A stretch of DNA of 64,000 bases from an uncultured bacterium (GTDB taxonomy: Bacteria > Pseudomonadota > Gammaproteobacteria > Burkholderiales > Burkholderiaceae_E), in assembly GCA_903907905.1 (NCBI GenBank), contig CAIVPX010000137.1, forward strand, positions 3,352 to 67,351. Direction: 5' to 3'. Position 1 is the first letter of the stretch. Every line of letters starts with the position of its first letter. Below, piece after piece: positions 8,541 to 16,814 of this stretch. Under the pieces are notes generated by a model. That model ran no database searches. It was not told the DNA's origin and worked only from the letters and a program-made list of their open reading frames with translations. The position numbers and the translations under genes were made by a program.

Positions 8541-10439
8541 TCAGCCCGCCTCGCCCAGGTGGTAGTCCTCGGCACGCGCCTCGCGTGTCATGTGCCAGTA
8601 ATCGACCAGCCGCCAGGGCATGGGCGCAAAGACCCGCCCCCGGGCGTTACGGTACCAGTTGTTCATGCCGGGGTGAGACCAGACCAGATCGGCGTGTTCG
8701 GCGTCGACGCGGTCATTGAAGCGATCGTGCACGTCGTCTCGTACCTCGACATCGCTCAGGCTGCGCTCGAACATCAGCTTGAGCGCAGACGCGATGTAGC
8801 GCACCTGGCACTCTGTTACGAAGAGGACGCTTCCGCCATGGGCCAAACCGGTGTTCGGGCCCGAGATCACGAACAGGTTGGGGAAGTCGGGGACGGTCAG
8901 CCCCAGGTAGGCGCGCGGATCGTCATCGGCCCACACCTGGGCGAGCGGTGTGCCCGAGCGCCCGCGGATGTCCATGGTGCCGAGCATCTTGCCGGGCTCG
9001 AAGCCGGTGGCGAGCAGGATCACGTCGGCGTGGTGTCGCGCGCCGGATGCCGTGACCACCTCATCGGCTTCGACACGCGCCACCGCTTCGGTGACCAGTT
9101 CGACATTGGGACGCTTGAGGGCCTCATACCAGCCGTTGTCGATGAGGATGCGTTTGCCGTAGGGCGGGTAGTCAGGCAGACACTTGTCGATGAGGTCGGG
9201 GCGGCCTTCGAGCGCATTGACCAGATAGTCGGTGAGCTGCACCCGCTGGCGATCATTGCGATGGTTCATGGCCCGCTCGGGGTGTGGCCACGCCGGGTCC
9301 TTACGCACCGTGGGCAGCAGTCCGTCACCGAAGCGCCACATCAGGCCGAAGCGGTACCACGCGTAGTAGTAGGGCACATGCTGAAGCAGCCAGCGTGATT
9401 CGGGCGTGGTCGTGCCGTGGTAGTCCTGGGGGGGGCGGGCCCACTGCGGGGAGCGCTGATAGATCGTGACCCGACCGGCTTTGGCGGCCACCGAGCGCAG
9501 GAACTGCATGGCGCTTGCGCCCGTGCCGATCACCGCGACGTCCTTGCCCGCCAGGTCGACGTCATGCCGCCAGCGGGCCGAGTGCCACCACGAACCGGTG
9601 AAGCTGTCCATGCCGGGAATGGCGGCGAACTTGGGCACATTGAGATTGCCGGCTGCCGTGATCACTGCGCTGTAGGTGCGCTGACGGGGTTTGCCCGAGG
9701 CGTCCTGCGTCGTGACGCGCCAGGTACGATCCGCTTGCTGCCAGTGCAGGGCGGTCACCGTCACCCCGAACTCGGTGCGCGAGGCCAGACCGCTCTCCTC
9801 GAAGACCTTCTTCTGATAGGCCCAGACCTCGTCGCGCTTGGAGTAGTTGCTCGACCAGTCGAGATTGGGCGCGAAGGAAAACGAGTAGAAGTGGTTGGGG
9901 GTATCGACCCCGGCTTCGGGGTAATCGTTTTCCAGCCAGACCCCGCCCACGTCGGGCAGCTTTTCAACGATGTCGAAGTCGACGCCCATGCGGTCGAGTT
10001 CGCGGCCCGCACAGATGCCCGAAAAACCGGCGCCGATCACCAGCACCCGGAATCCCCGCGGCACTGTGGCCGGATCGGCCCGAACGCCTGCACTGCGGTC
10101 GCGAAAGCCCATTTCCTCCATGGCCATGAGCGCGTATTCGTCGGGCACGTGCTCGCCCAGGCAGACGTTCATCATCCGGATGAGCGTGGCCTGGTCGGGG
10201 ACCGGCGGGAGCGTGCGCTGCCCCGCCTCGAGTTCGTCGAGCACCTGGGTCATGGCTTGACGCACCATGGCCTGCACCGACTCGGGCAGGCCGCCCGAGG
10301 GGTCAGCGAAGATGGAAATATCGCGCTTGGGCTGAAAGGGTTCCTGCAACCAGCGCTCGTCGCCTGTGATCTGCGCAAGGCACATCAGCAGGGCGGGCAC
10401 CGAGGCCTGTTCAAGCGCAGAGTTTCGGTCCGGCGTCAT
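8541..10439 (-). CDS. type I Baeyer-Villiger (flavin/NADPH) monooxygenase with ~130-aa N-terminal extension (HAPMO-like)
   Basis: 632 aa. FAD motif VLVIGAGFSGICAG, BVMO fingerprint FxGxxxHxxxW present as FTGSWWHSARW, second Rossmann motif VAVIGTGASAMQ. Confidence 0.8.
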   Translation of the reverse strand: MTPDRNSALEQASVPALLMCLAQITGDERWLQEPFQPKRDISIFADPSGGLPESVQAMVRQAMTQVLDELEAGQRTLPPVPDQATLIRMMNVCLGEHVPDEYALMAMEEMGFRDRSAGVRADPATVPRGFRVLVIGAGFSGICAGRELDRMGVDFDIVEKLPDVGGVWLENDYPEAGVDTPNHFYSFSFAPNLDWSSNYSKRDEVWAYQKKVFEESGLASRTEFGVTVTALHWQQADRTWRVTTQDASGKPRQRTYSAVITAAGNLNVPKFAAIPGMDSFTGSWWHSARWRHDVDLAGKDVAVIGTGASAMQFLRSVAAKAGRVTIYQRSPQWARPPQDYHGTTTPESRWLLQHVPYYYAWYRFGLMWRFGDGLLPTVRKDPAWPHPERAMNHRNDRQRVQLTDYLVNALEGRPDLIDKCLPDYPPYGKRILIDNGWYEALKRPNVELVTEAVARVEADEVVTASGARHHADVILLATGFEPGKMLGTMDIRGRSGTPLAQVWADDDPRAYLGLTVPDFPNLFVISGPNTGLAHGGSVLFVTECQVRYIASALKLMFERSLSDVEVRDDVHDRFNDRVDAEHADLVWSHPGMNNWYRNARGRVFAPMPWRLVDYWHMTREARAEDYHLGEAG

Positions 10440-10836
10440 CGTGTCTCCGTACGCCGGTCAACACCGGCGAGATCCGTTTGAGCGGCCCCGCTGCTTAGGC
10501 GGGGCCTGGGGGGCGGTTGGTTGTGCGGGCCGTGGGCCGGTCCTGGTGCTTGCAACCTGTTCGGCGATTGCGCCAGATACTGGTTGGTATCGTATCGTTC
10601 GCACAAGAATCGGGCAACCGATTGGGGCGTATCAGGGTTTCGGAAAGCGGCGCGGGGCGGTGTGCGGGGTTCTCCGAGGGGCAAGGGGGCGCCGACCGGG
10701 CGAATGTGCGGAGCGCTTAGCGGCCCAGTCCCAAGGTCACGGGCGCTAAACCCCTGAGCAGTCCTTCGCTCCGCCGACCGCGCAGGCTCCGTGGGGCAAG
10801 CCCTTTTTGAGCGAGCGTGCGCGCGCTCTTGGGCGC

Positions 10837-11634
10837 TCAGATCGGCTTGAGGCTGATGTCGGTGACCAGGAACCAGGTGTCGCTTTGCTTTTGCGCGGTG
10901 GTCTCGGTGCAGTTGGGCGTCGGGTAGCCTACATTGGTCTGTGCGACGACCATCATCGTGTAGGTGTAGCCCGCCGCTTTGGCCGGCAGCGTGAGTTCCT
11001 GACGCTGCCACTGCCCGGCCGGCAGGTCGCTGGCCGTGAGCTTGGCTGCGGGGATGCTGGGGCCGCCGTTACTCGGCTTGAGAACCACCTGGATCTGGAC
11101 GCCGGCGGTGCAGCCATAGTTGCCATAGGTCCAGCCCGAGAGCGTGGCACCTTGTGTCGCCGTGGCCGGAATGGTGATGTTTTCCTGGGTGAGTCGGTCG
11201 AAGCAGTTCGAGCCCTGCGAGCGCTGGGTGCCGTCGGGGTCTTGCCAGGCGACGGTGTAGGGTGTGCCGCAAAACCTCGCGACAACCGTGGTGCCCGACG
11301 GGGCCGGTCCTGCCGAGCCCAGTGGCGCACCGATGATATCGCCCAGGTCGATGCCGGTTTTCTCGTAGTAGAAGGGCCGGCCACTTTTTTGCGTCCAGCC
11401 CGCCGTGCCGCTGGCGAAATTGCCGTTGACGATCAGTTCGGTGCCGGGAATGGCGCCGGCGGCGCCCACTGACTTGAGCAGGGGGGTGGTCGACTCGACT
11501 GTTGCTGCATAGGTTTCGATATCGACGGTCTGAACCGATGATTCGCCGCAGGCCGACAGCAGGGCGAGGGTGACGACCAGGGTTGCGACGCGGGTTGATC
11601 GGTGCAGGGCGCGTTGGGGCAAAGGCATGAGCAT
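10837..11634 (-). CDS. lipoprotein with putative carbohydrate-binding/jelly-roll-like domain (hypothetical)
   Basis: 265 aa. Lipobox LALLSAC-G. LIVNGNFASGTAGW resembles the start of CBM4/9-type or galactose-binding-like domains. No enzymatic motif seen. Confidence 0.55.
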   Translation of the reverse strand: MLMPLPQRALHRSTRVATLVVTLALLSACGESSVQTVDIETYAATVESTTPLLKSVGAAGAIPGTELIVNGNFASGTAGWTQKSGRPFYYEKTGIDLGDIIGAPLGSAGPAPSGTTVVARFCGTPYTVAWQDPDGTQRSQGSNCFDRLTQENITIPATATQGATLSGWTYGNYGCTAGVQIQVVLKPSNGGPSIPAAKLTASDLPAGQWQRQELTLPAKAAGYTYTMMVVAQTNVGYPTPNCTETTAQKQSDTWFLVTDISLKPI

Positions 11635-11933
11635 GAGGCGAGTCCGGTAGGGTGGGGCGAGTGCCCGCAGTGGCGGGGGGGCCGTGGGTCACGACCGAAG
11701 CGATGCGGGCTCAAACGATAATGTTACCAATCCGTTGGGTGGTTTTCACGCCCCGAACCCGTTTGGCCTAGAGTCACGTCCGATCTGCACCGCCGCCACG
11801 GTGGGCCGAGCGGGCGGCCCATCGCGGGCCGGGGGGAGGCCGAACCCGGCGGTCCGAGTTCCGGGCGGGGCGTTTGCCATCGACGGCGCCCTGCGTAGAC
11901 TGCGCACATGTCTGCGCAACCCCGTCAACGTCG

Positions 11934-12689
11934 ATGAAGCCGCTTCGCCCTGCCTTGATCGCCGAGGCGGTCTTGCGCGACCCGCGCCCGGTTGTGCTGG
12001 CTTTGGCGGGGGGCGGGTGCAGCCCGGCCTTGTTCGAGGGTTTCCAGTTTCCCGGCGTGTGCTGGGTGCCGCTCGACTGGTATGCCGACGGTGCGAGCAC
12101 CGACCCCGAGGCAGTGGCTGACCGGCTCGGCCAGGCGCTTGCGCAGCGCGCCGGGCCCACGGGCCTGGCGGGCCATTCGCTGGGCGGCGTGATTGCGCTG
12201 CTCACCGCCTGTCGCCATGCCGATCGGGTTCAGGCGCTAATGGTTTCCAACACGGGCCCACGCATCGTCGGGCATGGTGATCCGTCCTTGCCAGACCGGG
12301 TCCGCCATGACTGGAGCGCGGTCAACCAGCAGGCGTTTCTGGCCAGTTGTTTCATGCGGCCGCCGCCAGCTTCGTTGTGGGCCACCCTGTGCGAGTACCT
12401 GGCCGGACTGGATCGCGAGCGCCTGCTCGAAAGTCTGATCGGGGTGCGTCGGATCGACCTGAGCGCTGAACTCGCCGCCATTCGCTGTCCGGCGCTGATT
12501 GCGCACGGTCGGCATGATCGACGTCGACCGGTCGAATCGGCGCAGGCCCTGGCCGAAGGCATTCGCGCTGCGCGCCTGGCGCTGCTGCCTGCCGGCCACA
12601 CGCCGATGGTCGATTGTGCCGAGGACTATCGCCGCGAGGTGGCGCGCTTTCTCTCCGATATCGGATTCATACAAGGGGTTCAGCCATGA
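11934..12689 (+). CDS. alpha/beta-fold hydrolase
   Basis: ORF 11874..12689. Nucleophile elbow GHSLGG and C-terminal HTPM-type His region. Start placed at the ATG at 11934 (MKPLRPALI); it remains uncertain. Confidence 0.75.
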   Translation: MKPLRPALIAEAVLRDPRPVVLALAGGGCSPALFEGFQFPGVCWVPLDWYADGASTDPEAVADRLGQALAQRAGPTGLAGHSLGGVIALLTACRHADRVQALMVSNTGPRIVGHGDPSLPDRVRHDWSAVNQQAFLASCFMRPPPASLWATLCEYLAGLDRERLLESLIGVRRIDLSAELAAIRCPALIAHGRHDRRRPVESAQALAEGIRAARLALLPAGHTPMVDCAEDYRREVARFLSDIGFIQGVQP

Positions 12690-12857
12690 GTGTCGCAAGC
12701 CTTCGTCGACACCTGCTCGGCCTGGCGCCGGTCTGAACTGCCTCGCAGATGCTGCGGGCGCAGACTCGCAGGCCCGATCGATTCATCACGAAGTCGGCCC
12801 TGGCTGGCATCGCTGCGCAGTAAGGGCCCCGAGGGCGCGGTGAGTCCGCGCCGCCGT

Positions 12858-13223
12858 TCAGGTCGGGGGAAGCGGCGCGGGGGCCTGCGCGGGGCGCACG
12901 GTGTTGACGTGACCGATGCTGAGCGTTGGGCGATTCAACAACAGGTCGTAGCCCACCAGCGCGCCCGCGTTGCGGCCCTGGAGTCCGGCGCCAATGTCGG
13001 CGCCGATGCGCGTCGGACCCGAGCCGAACGGGTAGATCGATATGCCGCCGCCCACGACAGCGCGGTCCTCATGACGGCTCGAGACAAGCTTGGCCGTCAG
13101 GCCAACTTCCCGGGCGCTGAAGTTGCCGCCCAGTTGCAGGGTGAGGCCCAGAAACACACCCGGCTCAGCCTGGGCAGTCAAGGCGGTGCAAAGCAGGCTG
13201 GCGGCGAGCAGGGATTTTTTCAT
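12858..13223 (-). CDS. small secreted beta-strand-rich protein (hypothetical)
   Basis: 121 aa. Clear Sec signal MKKSLLAASLLCTALTAQA-EP, Gly-rich alternating pattern, Pro/Ala-rich tail. Confidence 0.5.
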   Translation of the reverse strand: MKKSLLAASLLCTALTAQAEPGVFLGLTLQLGGNFSAREVGLTAKLVSSRHEDRAVVGGGISIYPFGSGPTRIGADIGAGLQGRNAGALVGYDLLLNRPTLSIGHVNTVRPAQAPAPLPPT

Positions 13224-13378
13224 CGATGACGGTTTCCTTGTGTGAATTTGAGCAGCCGCTGTGGAGCGGCCGGAGTCTGGCCCCGAGAGGCAAGCTCGGG
13301 TAAGTGAGTGTTGCAGAGACTGGCGGCGGGTTCAAGGCATGTGCCTGCGATGCGCGTGGCCTTGGGCTGCGAGGGCGG

Positions 13379-14890
13379 TCAAGCCGACTCATCGGCGAAG
13401 GCCTCCCGGCGCACGCGCGCAAGCGCAGGCAGCAGCACACTGATCGCCAGCAATGCCGTTGCGGCGAGGAAAAACGCGCTGACAGGGTGAGTGAGAAAGA
13501 TGACGGGATCACCCCGTGACAACACCATCGCCCGGCGGAACTGTTCCTCGAGCATGGGGCCCAGAATGAAGCCCAGCGCTAGCGAGGCGGGCGGGCATCC
13601 GAACCAGATGAGCAGAAAACCGACGATGGCCAGCACGGCCGTGAGCCCCACTTCGAATGCGCTGTAGCCCGAACTGAAGGCTCCGATCGAACAAAAGAGC
13701 ACGATCGCGGGGAACATCAGCGAGTAGGGCACTCGCAACAGCGACACCCAGAGGCTAATCAGGGGCAGATTGATCACCAGTAGCATCAGGTTGCCGACCA
13801 GCATGCTGGCGATGAGGCCCCAGGCGACGTCGGGACGCTTGACCAGGATATCCGGCCCGGGCACGACGCCGTGGATCATCAGCGCGCCGATCATCACCGC
13901 CATCACCGCGTTGGCCGGAATGCCTAGGGTGAGCATGGGAATGAATGAGGTCTGTGCCGCGGCATTGTTGGCCGCCTCGGGCGCGGCAACGCCTTCGACT
14001 GCGCCGTGGCCGAAGCGTGAGGGGTCGCGGCTCACGCGCCGCTCGATCGCATACGCCGCAAATGAGCCCAGCGATGCGCCGCCACCGGGGAGCACGCCGA
14101 GGGCCGATCCGACCGCGGTGCCACGAATTGCGGCCGGCCACGCACGGCGCCAGTCATCGGGGCTGGGCCAGCGGTGGGTGACCGGACCCTGCAACAAATC
14201 CTGACCGGTTGAGCCGCGCATCAGATTGGCGATGATTTCGGCGAGACCGAACACGCCGATGGCAAGGCACACGAAGTCGATGCCGGCCGCCAGCGGCCTG
14301 ATACCCAGCGTGAAGCGTTCGACACCGGTGTACAGGTCGGTGCCGACGCAACCGAGCAGGATGCCGATCAGGGTGGCCGCGACCGACGTCAGGACCGACC
14401 CGGATGACATCACGGTGGCGCCGATCAGCCCGAAGAGGATCAGTGAGAAATAGTCGGCAGGCTTGAACGAGACGGCGATCCGCGACAGGGGTTCGGCAAA
14501 GCCGGCGATCACCAGCGTGGCAACACAGCCCGCGAAAAAAGAGGCTAGTGCCGCGACGGCGAGCGCCGCGCCTGCTCGGCCTGTCCGCGCCATCTGGTGG
14601 CCATCGATACACGTGATGGCTGATGAGCTCTCGCCCGGCAGGTTGACCAGAATCGCGGTGGTCGAGCCTCCGTACTGAGCGCCGTAGTAGACGCCCGCGA
14701 GCATGATCAGCGCCGACTCGGCCGGAAAATAACTGGTGACCGGCAGCAGCATCGCCATGGTGGCAAGCGGCCCGACTCCCGGCAGCACACCGATGAGGGT
14801 GCCGCACAGGCAGCCGGCCAGCGCAAAGAGCAGGTTGTGCCAGCTCAGTGCGGTGGCCAGGCCGATTGCGAGGCCGTCGAGGGCAGACAC
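13379..14890 (-). CDS. tctA: tripartite tricarboxylate transporter large permease TctA
   Basis: ORF 13379..15505 is over-extended. The TctA-like region starts at [15 protein letters not shown]. An in-frame GTG at 14890 lies 11 nt after the tctB stop. About 503 aa, multi-TM. Confidence 0.85.
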   Translation of the reverse strand: MSALDGLAIGLATALSWHNLLFALAGCLCGTLIGVLPGVGPLATMAMLLPVTSYFPAESALIMLAGVYYGAQYGGSTTAILVNLPGESSSAITCIDGHQMARTGRAGAALAVAALASFFAGCVATLVIAGFAEPLSRIAVSFKPADYFSLILFGLIGATVMSSGSVLTSVAATLIGILLGCVGTDLYTGVERFTLGIRPLAAGIDFVCLAIGVFGLAEIIANLMRGSTGQDLLQGPVTHRWPSPDDWRRAWPAAIRGTAVGSALGVLPGGGASLGSFAAYAIERRVSRDPSRFGHGAVEGVAAPEAANNAAAQTSFIPMLTLGIPANAVMAVMIGALMIHGVVPGPDILVKRPDVAWGLIASMLVGNLMLLVINLPLISLWVSLLRVPYSLMFPAIVLFCSIGAFSSGYSAFEVGLTAVLAIVGFLLIWFGCPPASLALGFILGPMLEEQFRRAMVLSRGDPVIFLTHPVSAFFLAATALLAISVLLPALARVRREAFADESA

Positions 14891-14901
14891 GGGTCGGCTC
14901 G

Positions 14902-15345
14902 TCAGTTCGGCAGCAGCGGGATCGTGAGACCCAGCGCGCCTACGAATACGCCGGCGGCGCCAAGCGTGATGACCAACGCCGCGATCAGCCGGCCGCGCAG
15001 GCTCGATCCGGATACCGCGGCCGAGGCGATGAGCAGGGTGAGCGGTGCCGTGAGAAGGAGGCCGAACCGGTGGATGCCCAGCGCAAAGACCAGTACCGCA
15101 GCGACCACGGCAACCAAGGGCCGTAGCCGGGAAGGGGGCAGTCGAGTGCTTGCGCCGCGCAATGAGCGCAGGATGAGGAAGGCTCCGGCGGCGAGCGCGA
15201 GCCAGGCCACACGCCCGGGAAACCAGCCCGGCCCCATCTCGGTGGCCGAGCCGCTTGGAAGGGCCCGGCCGAACACCAGAAAGACCGAGGCGATCACGAC
15301 GACTACCAGGCCCGCACCGAGATCGGCCGGATTTCGAATTTTCAT
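14902..15345 (-). CDS. tctB: tripartite tricarboxylate transporter small subunit TctB
   Basis: ORF 14902..15450. ATG at 15345 gives MKIRNPADLGAGLVVVVIASVF..., a ~147-aa 4-TM protein immediately upstream of tctA. Confidence 0.75.
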   Translation of the reverse strand: MKIRNPADLGAGLVVVVIASVFLVFGRALPSGSATEMGPGWFPGRVAWLALAAGAFLILRSLRGASTRLPPSRLRPLVAVVAAVLVFALGIHRFGLLLTAPLTLLIASAAVSGSSLRGRLIAALVITLGAAGVFVGALGLTIPLLPN

Positions 15346-15391
15346 GGGCTCTGCTGTTCGCCGCTGCGCTGATCGCCGAGAATCCGGCCGG

Positions 15392-15410
15392 CTGCAAGAT
15401 TGTCTTGCAG
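15392..15410. promoter_or_regulatory. perfect inverted repeat CTGCAAG-N5-CTTGCAG in the divergent tctB/tctC intergenic region
   Basis: Read directly from the sequence. Sits between divergent starts at 15345 (-) and 15519 (+). Candidate operator; function not established. Confidence 0.25.
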
Positions 15411-15518
15411 TCCGTTGATGCCGGGCCGATGTTGCGGCACACCCCTGCATGTGTCAATGTCCGAGGCCTGCTGCGCGACGCGGTGGGCAGGCCCAGCATC
15501 CTCAAGGGAGCACGTTCG

Positions 15519-16541
15519 ATGTCGGCACACTTTCAGCGCCTCGGCACGCCGCCCGAGCGCAGCGTCGGGCTTTCTCGCCGATTGGTTGCGGCACTGGCCC
15601 TGATGCTGGCCGCGTTCGCCTGCTCAACGCCCGCGCGCGCAGCCTTTCCCGATCGGCCGCTTCGACTGATCGTGCCGTTTCCTGCGGGGTCGGCCAACGA
15701 TCTGGTTGCCCGTTCAGTGAACGAACGACTGGCCAAGCGGATCGGTAAACCCGTGATCATCGAGAACCGGCCCGGTGCTGCGGGCGCCACCGCCATGCAG
15801 GCCTTCGTCGACAGCGCGCCGCCTGATGGCTATCAGATCATCCTGGGCAGCGTGTCGATCGGCACGCATTTCGCGATTCGCCGCAAGCCGGACATGGACC
15901 CGAGAAGCGACCTGACCGCGCTGGTCATGGTGTCCTCATCGCCCATGACCATCAACGTGCCCGCTGCGCTCAACGTGGCAACGCTTGCGGAGTTCATCGC
16001 ACTGGCGCGCGCTCAGCCCGGCAAACTGAACTACGCGACGATTGGTGGCAACGGCGGCGTGGTTCACCTGCAGACGCTGCTCTTCATGAAGGCGACCGGC
16101 ACGCGGATCGTGCATGTGCCCTACCCCGGTAGCCCACAGGCGGTCCCGGCACTGATGGACAACCAGGTTCAACTGCTGATCGTCGACAATGGGTCCATCG
16201 TGGGCAGTGCCCAGACCGGCAAGATCCGCGTGCTGGCCACGGCAAGCGACTCACGCACGCCAAGCTTTCCCGATGCGCCGACCGCAGCGGAGGCCGGCCT
16301 GCCCTTCAAGGCGGCCGCCTGGTACGGGCTCTTTGCACCCAAGCGCCTGTCAGCCGATTTGCGCAGTACGCTCGAGCAGCATCTCCAGGCGGTGTTGTCC
16401 GACGAGGGCTTCAAGGCCGAGATGGCTCGGCGTGGCGCACAGCCCGGAACCCTCGCCGGCGAGTCGTTCTCGCGGTTCATTCGCGACGAGATCGAATCCT
16501 GGAAGGCCGTGGTGACCGAGGCGGGGCTCGAGTTGCAGTGA
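15519..16541 (+). CDS. tctC: Bug-family / TctC tripartite tricarboxylate substrate-binding receptor
   Basis: ORF 15255..16541. ATG at 15519 is preceded by AGGGAG. Signal peptide, then AAFPDRPLRLIVPFPAGSANDL, the hallmark Bug N-terminus. Confidence 0.85.
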   Translation: MSAHFQRLGTPPERSVGLSRRLVAALALMLAAFACSTPARAAFPDRPLRLIVPFPAGSANDLVARSVNERLAKRIGKPVIIENRPGAAGATAMQAFVDSAPPDGYQIILGSVSIGTHFAIRRKPDMDPRSDLTALVMVSSSPMTINVPAALNVATLAEFIALARAQPGKLNYATIGGNGGVVHLQTLLFMKATGTRIVHVPYPGSPQAVPALMDNQVQLLIVDNGSIVGSAQTGKIRVLATASDSRTPSFPDAPTAAEAGLPFKAAAWYGLFAPKRLSADLRSTLEQHLQAVLSDEGFKAEMARRGAQPGTLAGESFSRFIRDEIESWKAVVTEAGLELQ

Positions 16542-16678
16542 GCGCGCTTGATCCCGAAGCGGCCGGTCAAGGTCGGTCGGAATGCGAGCAAAGAAGGCGC
16601 CATCCATGCACCCTCACTTTACATTGGGGTGAATAAATTTCGTCTTGAAGGAGTACCCACCCCCCGTTAATGGGGAAA

Positions 16679-16693
16679 CGCCAAGAATTGGCG
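16679..16693 (-). terminator. short hairpin downstream of tRNA-Lys (CGCCAA-TTC-TTGGCG, then TTT on the minus strand)
   Basis: 6-bp stem read from the sequence. The T-tract is weak. Confidence 0.3.
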
Positions 16694-16700
16694 AGGTGGT

Positions 16701-16776
16701 TGGTAGGTCGTGCCAGATTCGAACTGGCGACCAACGGATTAAAAGTCCGCTGCTCTACCGGCTGAGCTAACGACCC
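16701..16776 (-). tRNA. tRNA-Lys (anticodon TTT)
   Basis: Reverse complement reads GGGTCGTTAGCTCAGCCGGTAGAGCAGCGGACTTTTAATCCGTTGGTCGCCAGTTCGAATCTGGCACGACCTACCA. Cloverleaf folds by hand; anticodon loop CTTTTAA; encoded CCA. Confidence 0.9.
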
Positions 16777-16814
16777 GAGGAACCCGAAATTATAGAGGAA
16801 CGAGCGCGCGGCTG

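Noticed and set aside
7267-10481. Long plus-strand ORFs 7267-8511, 8481-9398 and 9417-10481
   Set aside because: All are antisense to the binding-protein and BVMO genes, whose frames carry signal-peptide, Rossmann and BVMO motifs. These ORFs show no independent coding signal.
10650-10760. Possible glycine-riboswitch-like string (ctccgaggggcaag ... cccctgagcagtcc) in the long BVMO leader
   Set aside because: The resemblance is partial, to a single conserved block and with an indel. It is on the plus strand, with no downstream plus-strand gene and no glycine-related context. It needs a covariance-model search, so it is not called.
13379-15505. 708-aa version of the TctA ORF. Similar 5' over-extensions occur at 18246-19883, 32043-33158, 33529-36180, 42516-43835, 52555-53823, 57389-59620 and 59664-60950.
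   Set aside because: The extra N-terminal parts overlap upstream genes or are Arg/Pro-rich without homology-like features. Conserved family N-termini, signal peptides and RBS-like sequences point to the internal starts used in the feature list.
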